A DNA stretch of 63,696 nucleotides, counting the filler, from Choristocarpus tenellus KU-1152 (Eukaryota; Protista; Phaeophyceae): the NCBI GenBank assembly GCA_964200185.2. It is 14 parts of 14 records of this genome, joined end to end, with 100 filler letters (N's around TTAATTAATTAA, not from the genome) between each part and the next. Parts side by side here need not be neighbours in the genome. Positions count along the whole stretch, not along the records: positions 38,092 to 41,721 come from CAXNAD020018848.1; positions 41,822 to 44,733 come from CAXNAD020023705.1; positions 44,834 to 55,779 come from CAXNAD020002610.1; 11 more parts are not named here. One strand, 5' to 3'. This document shows positions 38,831 through 51,900 of this stretch, piece by piece. Position numbers and translations under genes: made by a program. The notes below the pieces were generated by a model, which saw only the letters and a list, made by a program, of their open reading frames with translations, was not told where the DNA came from and ran no database searches. Position 1 is the stretch's first letter, and every line of letters starts with the position of its first letter.

Positions 38831-41264
38831 CTGCTGCCACGTGGCCAAGGCCACTGCCCAGTCATTCCCATCCGGTAGTGGGATGATGGGGACTTTAGAG
38901 AAAATTCTCCTTTCATTCCCAACTGACGCCGAATCAATAATATTCTCCCCCTCAGAAATAGAAGGGGAAATGGAAGGGAAGAGTATGGCCTGCATATTCA
39001 AGGGAGTGAGAAGGCACCATTATGTTTCTATTCAAGAGGTTCCTATCGGCAAATAGAATTCTCCCCCCCTTTTTTATTGGTCAAAGAGAATGTAACATGA
39101 AACAAAAGTTGCCATACATATAACGGCAATATATTTCTTACAGGAACAAACCATGTACGTACTCCTACTTTTTAAGTTTCGAGATAATCATGTTGCCAAA
39201 TGGAGAAAAAGGGGGGAGAAAAAGAAATGCACATGAATAGCACACTTGTACCTATGTGAATATGTTGGGGGAAAAAAAACAAAACTTGAGGCATAAGTAA
39301 GTGGATGTGTGTACACTTCATGGATTGAACCCAAGCATACAGGGAGATGCGGAAAAGGATCAAGCGCTTCAGTCACCATTTGAGTGCAGGCATAGATATT
39401 GGCGTAAGTCATACTAAGAAATGGATGTAGCAGAAACAATCACAGTGTGTTGAGCATTGACAATATCCAAAACCAAACGAAGACAGTGTACATTCTTTCA
39501 TACATAGCTACCTACCCACCAGTTGATCCAACACAACCACCGTGTTATACTGATAAAAGGACAACGCCTCCAGCTTCAGCAGATCCCATCCTAGTATCCC
39601 ATGCCCCCCTGACTCTCCTCCTCCATCGCCCCTAGGATTGCCTTGACACATGGTCAACTGCAGGAACCGATCCGACATACGCCAGACAGCCACCGGAGGA
39701 TCTCTCTTAAGCACACTATATTGATGGAAAATTGTGTGGGGAGGGCATGAGTATGGGAGATGGGTGAGGAAGTGAGTGGTGATCATTAACTGATTTAGAG
39801 GAGCCATGCCAGATTAAAATTTAAAACAATCGACTATGGTGCAGGTGACACGGTAGGAAAAAATGTAAATACAACCAATCGGAAAGGTCCATTTGTCACA
39901 TTGAGCCAACAGGGTGCTTTCATCTGTTCATCTCCCCTGACCTCTCAATTTTGACATCATGAACACAGGCACAGGCACAGACACAGACACGGATGCTCCG
40001 ACTCACATGAACCTAGGCCCAGCCAGGCAAGGCAATGGAAAAGCTCAAAGTGAAACCACAGCTTATCGCATCAATTGCCCATCAGCGTTGCCACTGAACG
40101 AACCCTTGACCTACCCCCTACACATACAGTAACCTACCAATTTCATTTTATCTCTTTGCATCATAGATTCTTCTTGGCAAATAGTTTCAAACCTTCTCCA
40201 GCTATGGCGTACCAACCACTACTTCAACAACATCTCCCCAAACCTTCAATCTACCCTACCCCTCAATATTCTGCCTTGCCAAGACTTAACACACACCTTC
40301 GCCCCCCCTTCCCCACCCCTTACGCACCTGTAGCCCATCGCTTCAAGCGGTCCAACCAGTTTGTCACCAGACGGTATCCTGGGTACAAGTGCAAGGATCT
40401 CCTCGCTGGAAACAGCGCTGCCCCGAGAGAGTAGAGCCTCGATCAGTGACTGGTGAAGCATCGCAGCTCGCTCCAAAACAAAAGGGTCATCCGGATCCGT
40501 AAACGCCACCTTGTTTTTAGAAGGGGATTGGAGGGTAGAGAAAAGAGGGAAGAGAAGATTGGGCTTCATCACATCACATCCTCCTAGCATTTCCTGTTCG
40601 AGGCTGTGGACCAAGGCCAGAGATAGAGGTGAAGTGGGATAGAGTATGTTCGTGAGGCTGAGCGAGGGCGAGGAGCGACGAGACCGGCAAGGTCCTTGAA
40701 GCTGAGGGTATACCGACATATTTTGTTTCACTATTGGTCCCGTTCTATGGAAGGGTTCAAACTGGGGGGTATCTGGCAGTGTTTTTTCCTGTGCTCTCAA
40801 TGAGTTTGACTTTGGCCGTAACTGCAACGACTCGTGACTGACCAGTTGCAACCTTGCACTGTTCCAGTTTTTCTCGCCCATATGGTACTCCTGTCCTTAT
40901 CGAGAACATTACTCAGCCTCAATATAAGTTCATACGCACACCTTACTGACTTCTGTGTCATGTCAATGTGTCCCTCCATGGGGTGCCGTTTAAATAGAGC
41001 GGGAAAGAGAGAAGGCATGGAATTACACAACGGATATGAGGGGGGAGACAAGGGGTCCACCTGGATATTCTCTGCGGGTATCTACACTTGATCATTAGTC
41101 ATGCCCTCACCACATATGCTACGATGGGTCGAGAGGAGATCCTTTCTTCTGGACCAATCCAAATAGAGCTGAAGAGTATCTGTCCCACCAAGAGCGCGAT
41201 ACATGTGATGAATACAAAAACGCAAACCGACCTCATGGCCTAAGATCCTGAGAGGAGCGTACAC
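38831..41264 (-). CDS. GT8-like (GT-A fold) nucleotide-diphospho-sugar transferase, partial
   Basis: Core exons 40509-40328 and 39715-39512: ERAAMLHQSL...EILALVP...PLEAMGYSVLKRDPPVAV...DLLKLEALSFYQYNTVVVLDQ, matching the GT8 A.VL..SL and KLxxxxLxxYxxVVxLDxD segments. Further candidate exons: 41264-41232, 41179-41111, 41060-40947, 40890-~40613, 39413-39341, 38989-38831. Confidence 0.65.
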
Positions 41265-41559
41265 CTCAAACCTGCCAGAGATGTCAAAGCCCGTCTTACA
41301 TCACAAAGGTCTTGGCAGAGTAAGTGGTGATGGATATTTCATAGAATTATCAAGATGAACAGAATAGTTGAAAAGTCATCCTTTCAACAATTTCTCCTCA
41401 CCCATCCCAATTGTTCAAAACTGAATCGAATGCATCATACTTGTGAGCAAAATGCGTAGACTATGAGCGATGAGGAACCATGATGTTGCAAAGCGCCTAT
41501 TAGTAAAATGCGTAGTGTGTGAGGTGAATAGATGTGATTGTGCTGCAGAGCACCGATGT

Positions 41560-41721
41560 GACCCAAAGTATCTGGGGGGTGGGGGATCTACACCAGGATG
41601 TCCATTTGGATCATAACTAGGAAAAGTGCATTTGCATTATCCAAGCAAAGTATGCAACCAAATCACACAAAAATCACGACATGAAAAAATTGGCCCCAAG
41701 TGGACAGTTGCCACCCCCCCC
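41560..41721 (-). mobile_element. MITE-B truncated at a contig end (further partial copies: 1-28, 7334-7410, 25103-25123, 37963-37991, ~41850-42011, 44885-45060, 58703-58721)
   Basis: GACCCAAAGTATCTGGGGG...CACCAGG.TGTCCATTTGG...AAAAATTGGCCCCAA; the sequence breaks in the poly-C tract. Confidence 0.88.
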
Positions 41722-42099
41722 NNNNNNNNNNNNNNNNNNNNNNNNNNNNNNNNNNNNNNNNNNNNTTAATTAATTAANNNNNNNNNNNNNNNNNNNNNNN
41801 NNNNNNNNNNNNNNNNNNNNNGCAATGCCCCGAGTCAGTGTGATGCGATGGGAGAGTTAATCTACACCAGGGTGTCCATTTGGGGCAAAACCAGGAAAAG
41901 TGCACTTTCATTATCCATCCAACGTATGGAACCAAATCACCCAAAAATCGCGACATGGAAAAATTGGCCCCAAATGGACAGCCGCCACCCCCCCCCCAGA
42001 TACTTTGGGTCCCTCTCAGATTCCCAACTGGGGTTAGCAAAAATTCAGGCATGGAAACGGGGTATCAGGCAGAGTGTTGTTAAATATATTAATACTGAA

Positions 42100-42356
42100 G
42101 AGTCAAAGTATCTAGAGGGTAGAGCCGCGTCCATTTGGGGACCAAAGACCAATGTTGCAATTTTGATGTAATGTAATTTTGGCTATCATGGTTGTTAGAA
42201 GATGTCAATATCCTTGTTCTGGATACATCTTTTCATAATGTAGGCATTTTACGTACTCCGAAACATTTTGGAGTAAGTAACTGTCATTAAAAACCCGTGA
42301 GAAACCCCCAAATGGACAAACAGGGAAAAACCTTACCCTCTAAGATACTTTCACTC
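42100..42356 (+). mobile_element. MITE-A, complete
   Basis: TIRs present; perfect 4-bp TSD TGAA. Confidence 0.92.
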
Positions 42357-43803
42357 TGAATGTGGTCTTAGTAGATCCCCCTTCAACATAAGATTGCTTT
42401 CAAAGCATGTGCTGGAGAATGTCCTTACGGATATATTTATCCACCATCGTTCGTGTTGCTTGTCCTACCTGTTTTTTGGCGTGTTGTTAAGGTCTACGCT
42501 AAACTTAACTCGAATCTACTGTATTAATCTCACTTGTGACATTATACTACATCAAACTTGCGATAGGGTTGTAAAAAAATTGATTAGTTCGACGATTCAA
42601 CAGAGCAATACCGCATATGATGTTAACCTAGCCACTACTTAGAACGAAACTTGATTTCCTGCCTTTGTATCTTGTGTCTCTGCACCTGAACAATCGTACT
42701 GATGAGGTAAACGTTCTCAATGAAAGGGCTGCAACTGAAATAAGGTAGATACCACACTCAAAGAATCTCTCCGGGGAAAAAATACGATTATCTGTTGCAA
42801 CCAGAGAACCCTATAGTCAAGAAAATGCATTTAAGATACTCAAGAGTGGCAATGCGCTAAAGTATCTGATGAGAGGTAACGGTCGGACTAATCAAGAGGG
42901 GGAGGAGGGTACTGTTGAATCCCAAGGACCCCTCTGACTTTCTAGTTGTAAATGTTTTTGGAGCACTCACTCCGCGAGTATGGAGCGCATTTCGGCTGTT
43001 TTGTTTGTAAATTCAGTTTAAAAATGCAAATGATCCATATTGTCACCCTTTTTCTTAACGCAGCTACTTGGCTCGAACAGACAGGAAAAGAAAAAAAGTG
43101 GTTCAACTCCTTGGGATATACAAAAATACATACAATAATTGGGGTTTTCTCCACGTTTTCAGGAAACTTACTTACCTCATACGTATTTCGAAACATATTA
43201 ACAATTAATAGGCTGAGTCTGAAACCGTATGGATTCATCAGCATCCTTTACGAACCGTACATGTCGGAATCACATTACACTATTGCTAATACTCTGGAGT
43301 GTAATACATTACATTGCACTCAAAATTCGTGATCCACACTTTAGTCTTTCTCCTTGTCATATAATGCCTCAATTATTACCGCAATGTATACTGTGCAGAA
43401 AGGTCAAGACCGATTATAGATCATAGACGGAAGCACCACCACTTGAATTCGTTACACTAATGTACACCACCTATATGCGTAAACAGCACCAAAATATTAT
43501 TGAACCCAGATTGGGCTTACATTTATTGAACATCAGTAGTCTCAGAGTCAAATATTCAGAAATTGAATCTTGAAGGTCATATATATTTCTTCTCCACGGT
43601 GAAGCAAAACTGTCATTTTCTGTCACTCATCACGTTTATTTTTGGCAAGGAGCCCATCCAAAGATACTACTCAATCCGGCCTGGTCTTTCTATGTATGTC
43701 CTTATCTCTCTTGTTACACTTTCGACCTTGAAGATAAGGATATGCTCGTCTGGTACAATTATCAAGTTTGTATGCAAATATGGTGCATTTCCTCTCTCTT
43801 CCT

Positions 43804-44058
43804 GAGCCAAAGTATCTCAGAGGGTAGAGCCGCGTCCATTTGATGGCCAAAATCCAGTGTTGCGATTTGATGTAATTTTGGCTACCGTATTTGTTAGGAA
43901 GTGTCCATATCCTTGTTCCGGTGACACTTTTTCATAATGCATACAATACCTACTCCGAAAAAAATGGAGTCGGAAAATGCCATTAAAAAAAACATAGAAA
44001 GCCAAGCCCCAAACGGACAAACAGGGCAAAACTCGTACCCTCTAAGAAACATTCACTC
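43804..44058 (+). mobile_element. MITE-A, complete
   Basis: TIRs present; perfect 4-bp TSD TCCT. Confidence 0.92.
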
Positions 44059-46248
44059 TCCTGCATCCCTATCCCCATCAGTAGAGACAATAAACGAATG
44101 AAAGGAACCAACTCAACAACAACTATATCTCGTTTTCATCGCAGTGATCAATCACAACTAATCACTAATCGGATACTGAAGCTAGCTGTAATTATATCAC
44201 AATGTCAAAAATGAGTAATTATGATTGATAATAGCAACAATGCCTCTGTTGCAGAAATATTATCAAATTGATATTCTAGAAAGAAATGGTAATGAAATCA
44301 TGCTGCGGCGCCTGCTCGCTCTGTTAGATGTTTATTATTGGTTTTGGTAGTACCAGTAGTAGTATCGTATGGAGGACATGTAACAGTAATGAACAAGATA
44401 CACAATATCACTGCTTTAGTTGTATGAAATGCATGCGCACCTACCAGTGGCAACGCTGACACTTTTGTGGAAACGAAATCACCCACAAATAATGTTGTAA
44501 TCTTGGTAACCAACTATTCAGGAGGACCTCATCCTCCCTCTCCTCGTCCTCTTCCTCACCATCATTAGAGAAACTCACTGAAGATACATGCCATTATAGG
44601 GAAACATCTAGGAAGGATTTATTTCCTTGGTATGTTGCACATGTCAAGGTGAACAAAAGATCATGAAGATTCTGTTCGATTAGACTCTTGCAACTCTATC
44701 GGACAGTTACGGTAAAATATGTATGGAGTAATGNNNNNNNNNNNNNNNNNNNNNNNNNNNNNNNNNNNNNNNNNNNNTTAATTAATTAANNNNNNNNNNN
44801 NNNNNNNNNNNNNNNNNNNNNNNNNNNNNNNNNGTAAATACAAACAAAGGAACAATCGCATAAGAAAAGAAGAGCCGCACGAAAAGGGGGGGGGGGGGGG
44901 GGGGGGGGGGCGTTACACCAGGGTGTCCATTTGGCCCATAACCAGGAAAAATGCACTTACATTATCCATTCAACACATCTAACCAAATCACCAAAAAATA
45001 GCGACATGAAAAAATTGACCCCAAATGGACAGCCGCCACCTCCCCCAGATTATTTGAGCCTACATTGTGGAGAATCTGGGAGGCACATACTGGCTGCTAT
45101 AACTCCATATGAATATGATGGATAGTAGGTTCTGTATTTGTATTCAGGGGATGTATAGGACTGGGGGGGAAACATTTGTAGGTGACATTTACTATGCCTG
45201 CATGTGGAACATGCATTTCATCCGGCCATAGATACACCATCTAGGGATATGTGGTGGCTGCTTGTTTAGGGGAAGGAGAACATCTTACGTACCCAAGTTG
45301 TTTCTTGTATGTTTCTGTTTTTTCCTCGCCATGCACGGAAGGAATGCAACAGTGCCGCAAACCCAAAGTTTTGATTTACCCTCTAAGTTCTTAAAGTGGA
45401 CCCGACCTTGGAGGCCTCGGAAATATTTGTAAAGTTTGTAGGCTGGAATATAAGAGAAATATATTATCTTCACTTAAGTTTGGTTATTCTACTTCTGTTT
45501 CATTATTTGAATTGTTGCCTACAAATTCAACACAGTGTACATCAGAGAGATACTCCGTACTACATTTAATGTACTGGGGGAAGGTTATTTGAGGGATAAC
45601 CTCTTCAAATGTGCTGAAATGGTATCTCAGAAGTGGATAGAGTGCGTTTATGGCGGTGGGTCATGCAGGGGATAGAGTAAAGTTAACATGACAACACAGA
45701 TTACATATTGATTAACTAATATCAACTCTCTCTTGAGTCTAGGTGTGTACAATGCTTCATGAACTTGAGCTTCACTTCTTTCTAACTCGTACCAATATGT
45801 ATACAACCTGTACATAGTTCCTCTATAGTGCCCGTTCATACTTTATTTCACGTCTAATACTTCTGAGTGCCTCATTGATCCTGTATGAACTGTCACAGGT
45901 GATGTGTGTTACGGGGGTTTCTTAGACACCACTAATACCTTGAAGTCCCAGATTTTACTTGTACTTCTTGAGTGTTTATTTATTATTTAGTCATTATTAT
46001 TTGATGAGACCATAATTTGCCACGCATTGTTCAGTCCTATATATATACCCCAACGAAACCAATAAAGTGAATAATCGAAGTGAGAGATCCAGGATATTTT
46101 ATGACATTTCCTTTATGGCATCCTCTACGAGCCTCGTTTTCACTCTACAGGCTTGTGGACTGGAGCTATATATCCCATCATGGTAAGCTTGTGGAGCGTT
46201 TTGTAACATGGAGGTTCACCCACGTTGGCATTGATGGTCTGCACTCCA

Positions 46249-46475
46249 GATCACGGCTTCAGGGTCTCTTTCTACGGCCTTGAGGCTGTGTAAGAGAGTG
46301 CAGGTCTCCTTACTGTCTGCACTGGTTCGCATCAATGACCTGTACTTGTGATCACGGCTTCAGAGCCTCTCTTTACCAGCTTGAGGCTAGGCAAGAGTGC
46401 AGGCCGCCTTACTATGTCCACTGAGTTGCACCAATGACCTGTGCCAAAGACCATGGCTTCGAAGGCTTCCTCTAA
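46249..46475. repeat. Diverged ~100-bp tandem repeat x2.3
   Basis: Units begin GATCACGGCTTC / GACCATGGCTTC at 46249, 46350 and 46449. Confidence 0.8.
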
Positions 46476-47429
46476 TGAAGGAAGACTCAAGATTATGCAT
46501 GGTGGTACTGGCAGCATTACTGTTAAGTGTTCTGTGTGTCTCGATTTGCTGTATAGTAGGTTCCACTTGTGTCTTGTATTTGTAGGTTTTTATGATCTGA
46601 AGGGGGAGAGTCATTCTATGACAGTACCCTATTTAAATGTTATTGCAACCTTTGTGTGTGTATTCATTGTGAATATAGTTGTGAAGGGGGACAGTCTTGT
46701 CATGACACTCCCTATTTTTATGTTATATACTAGAGATTGTCTTTATTTACATGTTCATTGTTCTTAGGGACGAAGAGTCTTTCTATGATATATATATTTT
46801 TGTGACTGTGAGGCAATATTTTGTGTCTTGCACTTCTTCTGTTCGGAATTAAATGTAACATAACTTTTGCAACCTCCGTTCTCGCCCGGGAATGGCCCAC
46901 GCGATAAACCGTTTGGACAAAGCAGTCTCATGCACCCCCCTTTCAAAAGTCGATCGGGAATATTTTAGGAGAAAACTGTGAACAATCGATGATGCACAAG
47001 ATATTGATTTCTTCAGATGGGGTTAGCTTGAAATTAACTTTTTTTTGGTTTCCAACACACCCTGCACCAGGAGGGACAGAAAAGTGGTGACCAAGTGTGA
47101 TTGATGGCCTCAATAGTTTTGTCATGATTGAAAGTTATCCTGGTTCCTAATTTTTTCCAACTGAATACAACTCAACAGTCGAGGTCCTTGCAGGAAGTGG
47201 TCTCACTTGTAAGTTTGTATGTTCTAGGGGATAAACACGTGTACATCTGACCTTTTCACCATTCTTGTATTTATTGATGTGGATACACACGAGTATGTTG
47301 AATACACATTCTGCTTAATTGTTGTATCATACCAGAGGGACAGTTGAAATGCAAGCTTCATCCACAGCCACACCAATCTCTTCAAAAACGGAGATATGTA
47401 CAGGTTCTTGTATACACAAAGCACACACT

Positions 47430-47686
47430 GACCCAGACCATTTAAGAGGGCAGGGCCACGTCCGTTCATGATCATTAATCCAATGTTGCATTTTTGATGA
47501 ATTTTGGCTATTGTGTTTGTTAGCAAGTGTCAATAACCTTGCTCCGGATACACCTTTCATAGTTGTATACATTTTAGGTAACTGTGTTCACACAGAAAAC
47601 CGAAAAGGGGCATAAAAAACCGTGGGAAGCCAAGCCCCGAACGGACAAACTGGGCAAAGGTCCTGCGCTCTTAAATTCTTTGGGTC
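47430..47686 (+). mobile_element. MITE-A2, diverged complete copy
   Basis: GACCCAGACCATTTAAGAGGGCAGG...CCTGCGCTCTTAAATTCTTTGGGTC; flanks ACT/GCT. Confidence 0.8.
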
Positions 47687-48926
47687 GCTTTCAATCGTGA
47701 TTAGTGACAAACGCTGAGATGGAACTTGACACAGTTCCTATTGAAAAAAAAAAGGTACATAAGTATATCCCATGCAACAAGTAAGTGCTGGGTCAGGTGA
47801 GCAGATACTCTTTCGAGTACAGAATTTGGGGGGTTATTTAGCATGGAGAATACCTTGTCAAGGGGATAGTACCCTTGTACAGGAAAGTACAAACTTGCAC
47901 AATCTGTGAGACAGAGGCAGGCAACAAATAATCTATGCACAATATCCAAATTCCTACCCAACCTTGCACCCTTGGCTGGGGTCAAATCCACTGACCTTCA
48001 CATCATGGTGCATGCTTCAAAGAGATCAAACATTTCATGCACTTGGCAAAGGTACATTCTATGACATGCACACACCTTCTTTCCAACACCCTGCAACACC
48101 CTAACTAGAGCGCGCACACACATATACACACACAACCACTTGATCTAGTTCGATGACAAGGATGGCTGTCCAATTTTCCTGGCTGAATCACACGCAATCA
48201 CCAAGTTCATGGTGTCTTGAATACTGTTGAATACTGTTGTCCTACAAGAGTACATGGAGTATGTCACAGCCACTGCTCATTGTGAGAGGAAGGAGCCCCT
48301 GAAAGCTGTCTAGTCGTGGCTTACTTGCAACAGGATGGCACAGAGCGAAGGAAGCATAGACAGGAAGACATGAGGTATATGAACGGGTTAGGAGGGGGAC
48401 ATGCACAATACTTACCTTTGAAACAGAAAACAGAAAACACACTGACATGTATGGGTCTCGAAGTTTGTGGAAGGTGTGTGATCTACTTTTGAAAGTGCTG
48501 CTGTTTGTATCTTGTTCTATACTAAGAGTCTTGAGTTTTAGAATGACTGGGATATGAACAGTTATCCCCAACAAATCTACTTCCCGGGAGGTTGGAACTG
48601 CTTTACTGTGGATAGAGTAGCTAGGCTACTCAAAAGCAGTCAGGTTGGCCACAACCAGGTTGTTCATGTATGTACAGCTCTAGAGCCCTACTGTTAATGC
48701 CACATAGGCTTAAAAAAAACTGTACAGTTGCAGGCCTTTATACTCTATATTATCAAAACGATAATAAAGAAATTCTGCGAGCATCATAGTCGAAAGTGCC
48801 CTGGGGAAGACCATTATTGAATGTACTTGGATGTTGGTAAGGATTTGGGGGAATAAAATCGCCTCCTGTAGCATTGTTTCTGGACAGCAAAGGAAAACGA
48901 TGTTCACACAGTGTTAACTATTATAA

Positions 48927-51900
48927 TTAGCACAGACCTTTCGAAGTGAGGGAGTGCTTAAGCCCTTCCAGTGCCACAAGGCTGCCAGGATGGCAATCAA
49001 GTGCCTTATGGAATGCCTCCACAGCAAGAGCGAACCTTTTGAGCCGAACTCGTAGCTTCAGGTGGTAGGAGAGACAGGGCATCGGATTTTCTTGTCATTA
49101 TTTGTATGTGGCGCCTACAGCAGACAGCTAATGACTTTCTTGTCGTCCAGCTGTTCAAAACTGAGGACAATTGCTGTCTGGTCCTTACTGTAAGTTGTCT
49201 ATATAGCGCAAAGTTATGATTAAACAATTTTCCAATATGACCTATTCCGGTACTAGTCAACTAAGAGTTTTGCAAGGCTGCGATTTCCTAACATTATTTG
49301 CGCACCAACAATTTACAGTTTTTTCTTCTCAGTTGAGCGACAATTCATTGTTGTATGAATTTGTACCTGAGGGGTTTAAGGTTATGGTGTACACAGATCC
49401 AACCATGGTAGAATATTTTGAGTCCTCAATTCATACGTCCGGGAGGAGATGAGGGGACTATGCTTCTGACTTGATATTGCTTTACAAAGATGAGCCATGC
49501 TTTTTCATGCTTTGCGACCTAAAGACTATAGTGGGTTCTCACCATCCTGTTTAGAGGGGGAGGAGATTTGATGCTGGGACTGCCCTGACATATTATTTTC
49601 CAATATGAACATTCCCAGCTCCTTGCAACTCCGCCCCAGCAAATAACTTACTAAAAACAAAACAATCACACCTTGCCAAGCTCGAGGTATGGCTCCAGGC
49701 ACGCTACACCACAGTTAGCAGCAGAAGACTGCAGTAGTGCATCTGCAAGTAGGAGTATTTTGGGTTCTGTCGCTTCTTCTCTGGCAACTGCACCATGCTG
49801 CAGGTCATGTTTCCAACGAGCAAGGGTTGTTTTTGCCAGGTGTAGAGCACTCAATCCTTTGAAGAGGATCAAAACAGAAGTAAGGGTTGTATGTGGGTCA
49901 AGGGTGATCAAGTAAGTGGGCGGCCATACACTACATTTTCGAACATTTTCATTTTCTCCTCTCCTTCCTGCACCACCATCTTGGAGTCAGAACCATGGGC
50001 ATGCATGCAGATCAACCTCTACCACAGCAAACAGTTGTACAGCATGAAGATGATGCCCCATGTTTAACAAGAAGATTAATTATTACAGGGCAGACTGAGA
50101 TGAGAGAGGGAAATCCAAACCCATTGCTAGTGATGATTTTGTTGGTACTTGGGTGTTGCACATTTTGAATTCGATTCTAGTGACATGCTTGTGGTCCTAT
50201 TTGTGTTTATGAATTCGATTCAAACAACTTTTTGAAATAATGGTAGACCATTGCCTCAAGGAGGGCATGGGCTGTTGTTGTGAGTCTCCTACCTTGACCT
50301 TTGGCTAACACAATGGCCACCATCTGTGCATACAAAGCTTTCCCATAGTCTCCATTTCCATGCCCAATAGCTGGTGTTGTTCCTGTAGCCCTGATATTAT
50401 TTGCATCATATTGCAAAATAGTTTGTTAGATTGTACAACTATTTAGATCACTATGCACACGAACGGTGGTGGGTGAAGAAGCGCATGGGGAGGGATTCTG
50501 TTGCATGGAGACTCATTTTTTGTCTACAGTAGCTTCAACAAGTGCACAGAGCGCCTTCTTTGATATAGGTGAATCAAGGGTCACCCTGACATCTGTACAA
50601 GTGAAGTAAGAATCAACAGGGTGCGCCAATTGCATCTGCTTGGGAAAAAGGACAGCAATCATGGCAATATTGCTTGATTTACTTTACTCTTCACGAGTTG
50701 ATGTTAATTTTCAAATGCTAGTTATCAAGTGCAAGCAATCAACTGTATGGGAGATAGGTTGCTGTACTTCCACCTCAGCAATTTTGAATTCATCATAGAA
50801 CATGCTGCAGTTGATGGAGCATGTTGCATTCCATCAATACGTAACATAAGGAGAAGTGCTCAATCCTTGGCCCATAGCAATGATGACTAAGCGTTTTATT
50901 TGGTATGTGTGTGAAGACAAGAAGTATGGTATCAGCACATCTCACAATGGCAACGATTGGCTACCAAACAGTGGGGTCGGTTTCTGCACAAGCAGATCCT
51001 TACATATATACATTGATTGTCAGCAGGCTTAATTGGTGAATATCCTTGTCTGGGGTTAGAATGTAGAGGCCAACTTCTAATCAATGCAAAAGCATGCAAA
51101 TGCTGTAGTCTTGGTGCTCTGCTCTATCACACTTCAAAATCAAACAAACAAATTAACCTGCAATGTAGTTGCCCTGAGCGTGTATCAATGAAGATCCATT
51201 CCCGTGGAGTTTGTTCCAGGCAAAGGAATAGGTTGGCCTTATCATCAAGACGGGCCTATGGGAGAGCAGTTTTATTCCACCAAGAGGATTACTCGCGTTG
51301 GAAATCGTTAAGGGAGATCGCTATACAGAATGGGAACCCATTTGATGAAGTTTAAGTGAGGTATGAGGTCTGATGGGAGACCTTCTGTTTTGGAAGGTTG
51401 GCAGTGCAACCTGAAGGATCTAAACTGCCTGCTTGTGAATCTCTACATGCAATTAATTGAATGTGGTGTAGCACTGTACTCTAGCGAAATTTCGAAGTCT
51501 GCCATTGGTAGTTGTACTCCAATTGTAAGTTTTGAAGTGTCTCACAATCAGATGCCAACAAACTTGACATGAAGAAGCAGGGCACCTCCAATTGTAAGAG
51601 TTTGTACTCCTTAATTTAGAAGTACAGCTTACGCTGAATATGCACACATATGTTACACTAAACGACTCTTGAATGTGCAACACTGCAAATGCATGACCTA
51701 ACTCAAGATAATATTATACTCCAAACTTGGAACGAATCATTTATTCCCAACTGTGCGTTGTACATGGGGTAACTAGACTTGAAAAATACTCCGGTAATAG
51801 CATTCCAAGAAAATAAACCGCTCACAGGGTACTGGGATCCCTTAGCACATGGCCGCTCTCACAATGTCTGGGTTCTCCAGGTAGAATCTTGTGAAAGCCC

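Noticed and set aside
41082-41110. 29-nt ultra-short intron
   Set aside because: A downstream CAG at 41061 gives an in-phase 50-nt intron consistent with its neighbours.
45907-46860. Solo LTR bounded by TGTTAC...GTAACA
   Set aside because: No target-site duplication and no second copy in the window.
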